Assembly (NCBI RefSeq): GCF_054888695.1 | Contig: NZ_CM142671.1 | Strand: one strand, 5' to 3' | DNA: 32,000 bases | In this document: piece by piece, positions 10,301 through 16,066 of the stretch | Layout of the letters: every line of letters starts with the position of its first letter | Position numbering within the stretch: the first letter of the stretch is position 1 | Translations under genes and position numbers: made by a program | The notes under the pieces: generated by a model | The model's database searches: none | Told to the model about the DNA's origin: nothing | The model's input: only the letters and a program-made list of their open reading frames with translations

Positions 10301-11558
10301 ATTAAAAACATGGGCAGAGGAGATTAAGTCCTCGTTATACGGAATACAACCAGGTGCAGCGGCAAAAAATCAATCCACGATTGTCACGGACAAAACGATA
10401 TATATCGCTGGGGATAGCATAACGGTAACCGTTGTTCTTAAAGACGCCCAGGGTAACTTTATTACTGATGGTGTCGTTCAGCTTAATGAGGAAAACGTAC
10501 AAGTCAGGAATGCGGATCCTATCCAGGGCAATAATTGGGTTTACAACGGCAATGGGCAATATCAAAGACAGTATATGGCGCATTTTGCGGAAGCGAATTT
10601 GAATGCGCAACTGAAGATGGCTGGTTGGAGCGATGCCAATTATTCAAACAATTACACTATCAAACCAGGTGAAGTGAGTCCGCTTGGTTCACAGCTTCGT
10701 ATACGAGAAGTTTTAGTAGTGGAAGGGGCGGATTTACCTGTCAGTGTTTTATTAGTTGATGATTTTGGAAATCCGGTGGATAACGGTCTGGATTTGCTGG
10801 ATGATACAGTGTACTTACAAAATGTAGAAAAAAAAGAAGGGGAAAAATGGAGATATGTGGGTGATGGCATATATGAACGTACATATATGGCCTACCAAGA
10901 AGGAGAAAATTTAACTTCATTTATGGAGATTAAAGGTTGGCGTATATACGGACAACCATCCTATACCATCCTTCCTTTTGTGGAAGTCGAGTTGCTGAGT
11001 GTTAATGGTGTAAAATTCAGGGCGACAGATGGTTTTCCAGAAACAGGGTTTGATGGTGCAAAATTCACGCTGTTACTAACCCATAATATGAAAAATACGG
11101 ATTATAATTGGACGGCTGGGATTTATGGAATTAATGTTGACAGTAATGGAGAAGTAACATTATCTGTGCTGATAAGAAGTGAAGTTACTATTACCGGGAA
11201 ACCCAAGAATGGTAAAGGGAATGATGTTGTATTTAAATTCAAGATTAAAAAATGGTTTACTAGTTTAGGTGCTACCAGTAGTAATACCTGGGATATCATA
11301 AACACTTCATGTAGCTATGGTCAAATGCCGTCATCTTTAGAATTAGCGCAGCGGCCAAGCGGTGGGGTAGTACCGCGAAAAGTAGGTACGTTGTGGGGCG
11401 AATATGGTAATTTAAAAACTTATGGGAACGCTTTTAGCGGTACGGATTATTGGACAAGCACTCAGCTCATGGGAGTACACGAGAAATTTAATCCTGAAAC
11501 TGGTATATCAGAGCTTGGGACAGGAAAGTCTTCTGGCTTGTGCGTAGAGTATTATTAA
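1293..11558 (+). CDS. air: Passenger part of the inverse autotransporter: last barrel strand and linker, about 30 Ig-like (Big_1 / invasin-D3-like) domains, and a C-terminal C-type lectin-like domain. The ATG at 1293 is probably not a true start, because family similarity in this frame extends upstream to about 1233.
   Basis: - SLVGSRYDLVDRNNNIVLEYRKKELVRLTL matches the conserved barrel-exit motif of invasin and intimin.
- Repeated Big-domain signatures follow (ADG..ANTL.V.VTDA.GN...GQTV.F).
- The terminal segment has the Cys pair (CSYGQ...GLCVEYY) seen in the lectin-like tip domains of intimin and invasin. Confidence 0.85.
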   Translation: MELTLQPGHSLQKQLDPAEVAARRSLVGSRYDLVDRNNNIVLEYRKKELVRLTLTDPLKGKPGEVKSLVSSLQTKYALKGYDIEAASLQSAGGKVAVSGKDIQVTIPPYRFTAMPETDNTYPIAVTAEDSKGNFSRREESMVVVEKPTLSLTDSTLSVDQQILLADGKSTSTLTYTARDSSGKPIPGMTLKTQVKGLQDFALSEWKDNGNGTYTQIVTAGKTSGALSLMPQFNGDDIAKTPALIAIVANTASRADSTIETDQDNYVAGKPIVVKVTLRDDNGNGVTGRKELLKQTVKVDNTKADDVSAWTEESEGIYKASYTAHLIGDKLTAQLTMPGWQTKHSDAFSIAGDKDTAKIAAMQITANNAVARRDHNTVAVTVRDVHQNLLQGQNVTFTVVNGAAVFADPNGGIVTTDKDGIARVNLASDQAVNSLIKAEINGSSQSVEVSFITGDISQLTSTIKTDDVSYTAGGKIKVSVTLMDEQKNLVKGMASLLAGSSVVEVSGTDKNETGNWSEESDGVYTTTRTAKIAGDRHYATLKLSTWSSAQQSDAYAIRESGAVLAYSSIVTDKTAYTAGGAIKVTVTLKDSYENLVGGQRDAINLAIQLPNTKAESIAWNEDQKGIYTATYTALLPGTGLKAQLQMSGWANALTSNDYSISGDAASAQIVAMQVTTGNPDVLANGSDRHTVNVRVEDQFGNVLPEQTVTFTVTKGAAVFANAGQSADIRTDAHGMAEVDLSSTVADASTVEAKINQSSDSKTVNFVADVSTAQVAELVVTQDGSVADGATANTLRARVTDAFGNALAGQTVSVLAGNGATTAPTVTTQPDGTVEISVTSQTAGTSVITASVNSSTASRNVTFVADVRTAKIADLVVIKDGSVADGAMANTLRVKITDAFGNTLAGQTVSVLADNGATTAPTVTTQPDGTVEISVTSQTAGVSAVTATINNSSLSRNVTFVADVRTAQIASLEVTQDNSVADGTMANTLRVKITDAFGNTLGGQTVSVLADNGATTAPTVTTQPDGTVEISVTSQTAGVSAVTATINSSTQSQNVTFIADVRTAKIADLVVIKDGSEADGATANTLRARVTDAFGNTLAGQTVSVMAGNGATVAPTVITEPDGTAEISVTSQTAGVSAVTASINNSSQSRDVTFIADVRTAKIADLVVTRDNSVADGAMANTLRVRVTDAFGNTLAGQTVSVLADNGATVAPTVITGQDGTVEISVTSQTAGISTVTATINNSSLSRNVTFVADVRTAQIADLVVIKDGAVADGAMANTLRVEVTDAFGNALAGQTVSVTADNSATVTPTVTTQPDGTVEISVTSQTAGISAVTASINSSSQSRNVTFVADVRTAQIADLVVTQDDSVADGAMANTLRVRVTDAFGNVLAGQTVSVLAGNGATTAPTVTTQPDGTVEISVTSQTAGISAVTATINNSTASQNVMFIADVRTAKIADLVVTRDNSVADGTMANTLRVKITDAFGNTLGGQTVSVLADNGATTAPTVTTQPDGTVEISVTSQTAGTSAVTASINSSSQSRDVTFIADVRTAKIADLVVIKDGSVADGAMANMLRARVTDAFGNTLAGQTVSVLADNGATTAPTVTTQPDGTVEISVTSQTAGTSAVTASINSSTASRNVTFVADVRTAKIADLVVIKDGSVADGAMANTLRVKITDAFGNTLAGQTVSVLADNGATTAPTVTTQPDGTVEISVTSQTAGISAVTATINNSTASQNVMFIADVRTAKIADLVVTRDNSVADGAMANTLQVKVTDANGNTLAGQTVSVLADNSATTAPTVITEPDGMVEISVTSQTAGTSAVTASINNSSLSQSVKFIADVSTAQIAMLEVTQDNAVADGAMANTLQVKVTDAFGNALSGQTVSVLAGNGATVAPTVITEPDGTAEIPVTSQTAGVSAVTASINSSSQSRNVTFVADVRTAQIADLVVIKDGSEADGATANTLRARVTDAFGNALAGQTVSVLADNGATTAPTVITEPDGTVEISVTSQTAGTSAVTASINNSSQSRNVTFIADVRTAQIADLVVIKDGSEADGATANTLRARVTDAFGNALAGQTVSVLAGNGATVAPTVITGQDGTVEISVTSQTAGVSAVTATINNSSQSRNVTFVADVRTAQIADLVVIKDGSEADGATANTLRARVTDAFGNALAGQTVSVLAGNGATVAPTVITGQDGTVEISVTSQTAGVSAVTATINNSSQSRNVTFVADVRTAQIADLVVIKDDSVADGSTANTLRARVTDAFGNMLAGQTVSVLADNGATTAPTVITEPDGTVEISVTSQTAGISAVTASINNSSQSRNVTFIADVRMAQIASLEVTQDNSVADGTMANTLQVKVTDANGNALAGQTVSVLADNGATIAPTVTTQPDGTVEISVTSQTAGISTVTASINNSSLSRNVTFIADVSTAKIADLVVIKDGSEADGSTANTLQVKVTDANGNTLAGQTVSVLAGNSATVTPTVTTKPDGTVEISVTSQTAGISAVTASINSSSQSRDVTFIADVRTAKIAELEVIRDNAVADGSTANTLQVKVTDANGNALAGQTVSVLADNGATVAPTVITEPDGTVEISVTSQTAGISAVTASINSSSQSRDVTFIADVRTAKIAELEVIRDNAVADGSTANTLQVKVTDANGNTLAGQTVSVLAGNSATVASTVTTKPDGTVEISVTSQTAGTSTVTASINNSSQSQNVTFVPGDASRLTSTVETNKSNYTVGETITITVTLRDAFDNLVTGAASQLAADGVLTVAGTDPSETGSWVESGGVYTTTRMATIASTNQHANLQLQTWSDGVTSDRYDIQSGSPAQATSTIATDKNAYTAGDTITVAVTLKDAHGNLVEGGESLLSGDNVTVEGAVRSGGWSETAGVYTATWSAQMAGDSHHATLKLSEWGSSKQSESYSIHSGAPVQANSAIRTDKSAYIAGEPLTVTITLRDEFGNPALGLTSEVIESYIDSFAVGGATPDSMRWVEQNNGEYTIVWTAWVAEENLVASLKLKTWAEEIKSSLYGIQPGAAAKNQSTIVTDKTIYIAGDSITVTVVLKDAQGNFITDGVVQLNEENVQVRNADPIQGNNWVYNGNGQYQRQYMAHFAEANLNAQLKMAGWSDANYSNNYTIKPGEVSPLGSQLRIREVLVVEGADLPVSVLLVDDFGNPVDNGLDLLDDTVYLQNVEKKEGEKWRYVGDGIYERTYMAYQEGENLTSFMEIKGWRIYGQPSYTILPFVEVELLSVNGVKFRATDGFPETGFDGAKFTLLLTHNMKNTDYNWTAGIYGINVDSNGEVTLSVLIRSEVTITGKPKNGKGNDVVFKFKIKKWFTSLGATSSNTWDIINTSCSYGQMPSSLELAQRPSGGVVPRKVGTLWGEYGNLKTYGNAFSGTDYWTSTQLMGVHEKFNPETGISELGTGKSSGLCVEYY
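3588..9407 (+). repeat. In-frame tandem array of 20 units of 291 bp (97 aa), each encoding one Big_1-type Ig-like domain.
   Basis: - I counted 20 consecutive units, each starting ADV(R/S)TA(K/Q)IA.L.V. The array ends where FVPGDASRL replaces FVADV.
- Out-of-frame 60-aa ORFs recur at spacings of 291 bp or exact multiples (4270, 5434, 5725, 6016, 6307, 7180, 7471, 7762). Confidence 0.95.
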
Positions 11559-11571
11559 CGAAATAATTACT

Positions 11572-11599
11572 AAATTGCCCTGCATCAGCAGGGCAATTT
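11572..11599. terminator. Perfect 12-bp-stem hairpin between the convergent air and eilA genes. Likely a bidirectional intrinsic terminator.
   Basis: aaattgccctgc (11572-11583), loop atca, gcagggcaattt (11588-11599). It starts 14 nt after the air stop and ends 11 nt before the eilA stop. Both flanks are A/T-rich. Confidence 0.65.
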
Positions 11600-11609
11600 A
11601 TATTCGTCA

Positions 11610-13307
11610 TTACGCAGAAGTACGCATCACACCAATAGTATTAAATTCGTTTTTCACACTGAGTAAACGGGGGTCATGAAGCAAAACATTTGACCATAAA
11701 TCATTCTCTTTAATTAATTGTTGCCAGCGCTTTTCATATTCTTTCTTACCATAAACAGTGTAAATTAACGGCAAAATCACACCATTGATTTTGTTAGTGT
11801 TAATATTTGCCAGTAACTTCATAATGTCATTTTTTATAGATGCGCCATAGATCAGAAACTTCGTATAAAGCGAGTTAACGCAGGTGTAATCAAGACCATG
11901 TTCAGGTTCAAGTTTAAGCAATAAACTTTTGGCTTTGTCATTATGTCCTTTCAGTGCCATGAACATAGCCAGAATAGAGGTAATAATTGGATTGTTACAG
12001 GTGTTTTGACTGTTAAGATTTAATGCAAAAGATATCGCGTTATCGAGGGGGGATGTATAATAAAGTATCATTAATTTAAGAATGCTTATGCCCATTTTAT
12101 TGGGTTCAAGAGCAATGCTTTTTTCTATTAAATTAAATGCTCTTGCAAGGTCGCCGTTCAAAAAATATAGCAGCGACTGATAATAATAAACGTCTGGCGA
12201 ATTAGGTTTGAGTAAATGTGCTTGTTTAAATAGCACATTAGAGACTGAATGTTCATCTTTTAGCCCACTGATTAAACCCAGTAAACCCAATGCCTGAGAA
12301 TTTGAAGGGTTAATTTCCAGAGCCTTTTCAATGGAGGTTACTGCCGTAGTTATTGCTTGTTTTTGTTCACTGATTCCAAGGAGTGCTAATGATATATGGC
12401 ATTCCGCCAGGCAACAGTAGGGCAAGGTATTTTGCGGTTGCGTACTCACACAATCTCTAAATATTACTAATGCTCGTTTCAAACTTTCTGGTGTATAACG
12501 GTACATTTCCATCCTGCCATTCATATACATAACAGCAGAATCCAGAGATGGCATTTGTTGTGTATTAATAGATTTAAAATTAATGTTGGGTATTTTTTCA
12601 ATAAGAATATTAATTACTTGTGATAATAATACGGAAAGAGGATTATCGGGGTTGAAATCAATACTTTGATGATCAATCAATTTATGCGTTCTGGCATGGA
12701 TTAACTCAATAAATAAACGCCAGTTTTTACCATAGTGAACGACCTGACCCATAATATAATATTCTGGACCTGTTTTATTGATAAACTGATGGATGGTGGA
12801 GAAATCACTGGCCTCATTTGTTACCGAAGCGGGTAAAATATCTAAACCACAAAAAGCATATTTTGAAAGGCCCTGGACAAGTTCGTAATGGAGTTTTAGA
12901 ACATTGATCGAACCTTCAGTACGAAAGGGAAAAACGGCAAGAGTGGTGGTCGACTTTACCGGTTCATTATCGGTCACAATCACAATAGGTACAGTAAAAC
13001 GGTATCCACGACCATAGACCGTTTCGATATACTTACACTGTTTATTCTCATGCAAAAGTTTGCGCAATGCATAAATACATCGTGTTAGAGATTCATCACT
13101 GGCAACACTCGCGCTCCAGACCTTATCGATAATCTCTTCTTTGCTAACAATTTCACCGTCAGCATTAAGTAATAGAATGATAACGCCAAGTTCTTTCGGG
13201 GGAATATGATATTCTTTGTTTTTGAATAATAATATTCCATTGTTTTTTAATACAAAGTCGCCAAATATATATTGTTGTGTATTATTTTTTCCATGTTGCA
13301 GTTGCAT
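11610..13307 (-). CDS. eilA: HilA-like transcriptional regulator with an N-terminal OmpR/ToxR-type winged-helix DNA-binding domain and C-terminal TPR-like repeats.
   Basis: - The N-terminus FGDFVLKNNGILLFKNKEYHIPPKELGVIILLLNADGEIVSKEEIIDKVW...ESLTRCIYALRKLL...YIETVYGRGYRF closely parallels the Salmonella HilA DNA-binding domain as I recall it.
- Length is 565 aa against about 553 aa for HilA.
- GGAAGGAG Shine-Dalgarno upstream; GC is low, roughly one third. Confidence 0.85.
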   Translation of the reverse strand: MQLQHGKNNTQQYIFGDFVLKNNGILLFKNKEYHIPPKELGVIILLLNADGEIVSKEEIIDKVWSASVASDESLTRCIYALRKLLHENKQCKYIETVYGRGYRFTVPIVIVTDNEPVKSTTTLAVFPFRTEGSINVLKLHYELVQGLSKYAFCGLDILPASVTNEASDFSTIHQFINKTGPEYYIMGQVVHYGKNWRLFIELIHARTHKLIDHQSIDFNPDNPLSVLLSQVINILIEKIPNINFKSINTQQMPSLDSAVMYMNGRMEMYRYTPESLKRALVIFRDCVSTQPQNTLPYCCLAECHISLALLGISEQKQAITTAVTSIEKALEINPSNSQALGLLGLISGLKDEHSVSNVLFKQAHLLKPNSPDVYYYQSLLYFLNGDLARAFNLIEKSIALEPNKMGISILKLMILYYTSPLDNAISFALNLNSQNTCNNPIITSILAMFMALKGHNDKAKSLLLKLEPEHGLDYTCVNSLYTKFLIYGASIKNDIMKLLANINTNKINGVILPLIYTVYGKKEYEKRWQQLIKENDLWSNVLLHDPRLLSVKNEFNTIGVMRTSA

Positions 13308-13455
13308 AGAACGCTCCTTCCGTTTTCTCTATTCATAGTATTAATTTGATTAATATAAAATAAAGTATTGGCAGAATTGCTCTATCAAAAAACGCTCATT
13401 TTGTAAGATTGTGATGAAGAAATGAATGAAAGCTGATGCTTAATAATATGAAACG

Positions 13456-13478
13456 CTGGTCCCATTTTTCGGGACCAG
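13456..13478 (-). terminator. Possible intrinsic terminator downstream of eipD.
   Basis: Hairpin ctggtccc / gggaccag with a 7-nt loop, about 30 nt past the eipD stop. On the minus strand it is followed by CGTTTCATATTATT, which is only moderately U-rich. Confidence 0.45.
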
Positions 13479-13509
13479 ATAGTGGGCGATAATTGTGGGT
13501 ATTACTTAA

Positions 13510-14859
13510 TCAGAAACGTAAATAATCTTTCGCTGAATCAAACAACGCAGTAATGGTTGAAGATAATAATTTGATAATTGTATCGTAGGTGGAGTTGGCT
13601 GTACTGTATTTAGTCGTGATAACCTGCACGTCGGTTTTCATGTTTTCTGCCTGGCCGTTATAACCCGCCAGCCATGCCTGGTATTCAGCTGTGCTTATTT
13701 CATAACCGGTGAATTCTTTAGATATATTTTTTTCCTTCCCTTTATCGTCCCTATGCACCATTGAGTCTGAAGACTGACTCATACTGTCAATAATCTGAGG
13801 GTTGGGAATAATAACATACAGACCGCTACCTTGCGGTTCAACTTCGACAATCGGAGAAGGTGTGCGGTGTTTGGGATCGGGTGGAATTACCGGAAGTCCT
13901 AAAGCGGCGCACCATTTTTCTGCTTCTTCTAGTGGTACACTAATTTTGTCAGCAGGTGCCGGAGGGTATAAAACATAGTCTGGATTGTAATGATAGTGGA
14001 AATCACCATTAGGATATTTATCGATATAATAAAAATGCATCAAGGCTTTTTGGAATGCATTGACGTCAAAAACTATCGCATCGCCTTTTTTATTAGAGTG
14101 AGTCCATTTTCCCATATTGCTTTGGATATGTTCACTGAAGTCCTGCCAGTATGCGCTCATTATCTCAACGCTATTTGCATAGATTTCGAGGTAGTCGCTA
14201 CCGAGCACACTCATCAAATCAGCAATATCACTGCATATATATTTATCACTTTTAAATTCGTTTGAACTACTGGCCGTTAAAGTACTGCTGGTTGCTGAAC
14301 TTCTCATTTCAGGCGCAGAACTCTCTAAAGAAGCGATAGCGTGATTTAAGGTACCTTTGGTCGATGCCATTGCACTTGACCCGGTTGTGTTGTGAGCAAC
14401 GTTAGCCAGGGTTTTTCTCACAGAGTTATGCAGGGTCAATATTGTAGCGGTATCCTTTAATTTTACGTCAATAGTATTAACATTTTCTGTAAGCTGCAGA
14501 ACGTTTTTTATCAGCAAATAACTTTCGTGTAAGAGCGCGGATCCTTTCTCTGACAGGTTCTCAGTTGGGAAATTTCTGAGCATGTTTTTAACGAAGTTAA
14601 GCTGTATGTCATGCTGGCATTTCCAGTCTTCATTTCGCGGGCCACGTTCACTGACTAAAGTTGATAGTTTTTCAACATCTTTCTTGAGCATAGCGCCAAT
14701 ATTATTATCCTTACTGGCGCTGTTATACAAATTACCCTCGCTTTTGCTGTTTCCCAGTTGATGAGGCTCCTCACTTTGCGAGGATGCCTCTTGAAGAGGA
14801 ATGTTTGCATTCTGCTGACGTAGAATATCTATATTTAAATTATTATCTTTATTAATCAT
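13510..14859 (-). CDS. eipD: Type III secretion needle-tip protein of the SipD/IpaD/BipD family.
   Basis: - C-terminal TKYSTANSTYDTIIKLLSSTITALFDSAKDYLRF resembles the conserved SipD/IpaD C-terminal helix (..YS.ANS.YDNLVKVLSSTIS..).
- It sits after SipB- and SipC-like genes in the SPI-1 order.
- AAGGAGGAA Shine-Dalgarno upstream. Confidence 0.8.
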   Translation of the reverse strand: MINKDNNLNIDILRQQNANIPLQEASSQSEEPHQLGNSKSEGNLYNSASKDNNIGAMLKKDVEKLSTLVSERGPRNEDWKCQHDIQLNFVKNMLRNFPTENLSEKGSALLHESYLLIKNVLQLTENVNTIDVKLKDTATILTLHNSVRKTLANVAHNTTGSSAMASTKGTLNHAIASLESSAPEMRSSATSSTLTASSSNEFKSDKYICSDIADLMSVLGSDYLEIYANSVEIMSAYWQDFSEHIQSNMGKWTHSNKKGDAIVFDVNAFQKALMHFYYIDKYPNGDFHYHYNPDYVLYPPAPADKISVPLEEAEKWCAALGLPVIPPDPKHRTPSPIVEVEPQGSGLYVIIPNPQIIDSMSQSSDSMVHRDDKGKEKNISKEFTGYEISTAEYQAWLAGYNGQAENMKTDVQVITTKYSTANSTYDTIIKLLSSTITALFDSAKDYLRF

Positions 14860-14902
14860 GTGTCATTCCTCCTTAAATATAAGAAACTATTATTGCAATA
14901 AT

Positions 14903-16054
14903 TTATGAGCGAATTCCTTGAACAATAGCACTATCAGTATCAATAATGGTTTGTATTATTTGCTGTAATAAATTGAGTGCCTGATCTCTTCCTTGAACAT
15001 CACGATTAATTGGATCCAGATAGCTACTCATAACTGAATGCATGACATTTTTAGCCTGTTCAACAATGTCTTTTTCTGCATGAGTAGTACTTTCTAGAAT
15101 TCTAAGTGATGCTTGAGTTGATTGATTAACAAGCTGTGAAAGTACATCTGCTTTACCTATAGTAAAATATTTATTATATTTCCTGTTATGTTTTATACTA
15201 ATACGCTCGTTTTTATCTCTAATTTTTTCTTCCGTAGTTTCTTTTTCTTTATCGTAATATTTCAGGGTCTCTTCTTTTTGTTCTTCATCAAGTGTTGTAT
15301 CTTTCGTTGTTGTTTTTATTTCTTCATCTATTTGCTTGAGATAAGCTTGTTGATCTTGAACTTCCCTTTTTAATCCTCGCTGTGTTTTATCATCAGTTCC
15401 ACTGATAGTGTGCTTCTGATCAGGTGTAAGGGTTTGCATCTTTTCGGGATGGCTTCTGAAATTTGCTACAACAGATGCTGCAGCTCCAGCTGCGCCAACT
15501 GTTGACCCGGCAAGAACACCTGCCGAACTTGCCATTGTGGCGTGTACGGTTTCTGTTTTCTGATACTGGACAAGTTGTTCAAAAACGTTGCTCATAATAG
15601 CCTCAGACATAGCAGAGGCTTTATACATTGATGTGAATACCCTTAAAAATTCCTCCATAACAGCCTGTTGTCGCATGGTCAAATTATCTAGCATATCAAG
15701 GATATTATATTTAGATATTTTAATAGAACTCTGTTCTGCAGAACTGCTTGATTGACTGGATGAAATTGTAGCTTGGTCAAGGTCACCCCTCAAATTATCT
15801 AGCGTACTCCTTGAGTAATTAAGATTATCCAATAGTTTTACTCTTAGTTCCGGACAGACTTCTCTGTCTGTATTTTTTAATATTATAAACTGAGAGCTTA
15901 TGTCATGATTAATATCTTTAAGGTTATAGTATTGCACAATTTTATTATCATTTGGTATGTTGTTTTTTTTACTATAATCTCTATCAAAGATTGTTTTATC
16001 AAGACTGTTAATATTAGATGTGCTGGACGCATTTTTAATTTCATAGGTGGCCAT
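14903..16054 (-). CDS. eipC: Type III secretion minor translocator of the SipC/IpaC family.
   Basis: - 383 aa, between IpaC (363 aa) and SipC (409 aa) in size.
- Central hydrophobic segment SSAGVLAGSTVGAAGAAASVVA, followed by a charged coiled-coil region.
- Syntenic position between the SipB-like and SipD-like genes.
- AAGAGGG Shine-Dalgarno 12 nt after the eipB stop. Confidence 0.75.
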   Translation of the reverse strand: MATYEIKNASSTSNINSLDKTIFDRDYSKKNNIPNDNKIVQYYNLKDINHDISSQFIILKNTDREVCPELRVKLLDNLNYSRSTLDNLRGDLDQATISSSQSSSSAEQSSIKISKYNILDMLDNLTMRQQAVMEEFLRVFTSMYKASAMSEAIMSNVFEQLVQYQKTETVHATMASSAGVLAGSTVGAAGAAASVVANFRSHPEKMQTLTPDQKHTISGTDDKTQRGLKREVQDQQAYLKQIDEEIKTTTKDTTLDEEQKEETLKYYDKEKETTEEKIRDKNERISIKHNRKYNKYFTIGKADVLSQLVNQSTQASLRILESTTHAEKDIVEQAKNVMHSVMSSYLDPINRDVQGRDQALNLLQQIIQTIIDTDSAIVQGIRS

Positions 16055-16066
16055 GTTAAAACCCTC

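Larger units (their letters stand above)
139..11558 (+). pseudogene. air: Giant intimin/invasin-family inverse autotransporter adhesin (Air/EaeX-like, YeeJ-like architecture). As written it is interrupted by a 1-nt frameshift near 1231-1232.
   Basis: Two overlapping ORFs (139..1302 in frame 1, 1293..11558 in frame 3) together rebuild one family architecture: extended signal peptide, LysM, beta-barrel, Ig-like domains, C-type lectin-like end. Frame 3 read upstream of the listed ATG gives ISFSAEQRQGKQGENDTRIGMELTLQPGHSLQKQLDP. This continues the barrel end (AGLSYTPVP) in the way I recall for YeeJ and invasin. Confidence 0.8.

Noticed and set aside
10828-10835. Homopolymer tracts as phase-variation switches: A8 in air at 10828-10835, and T8/A8 runs in eipC (about 15963-15970) and eipB (about 17237-17244).
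   Set aside because: Runs of 7-8 A/T are expected by chance in DNA of roughly one-third GC, all are in frame here, and nothing else suggests slipped-strand regulation. They are worth checking only if strain comparisons show length variation.
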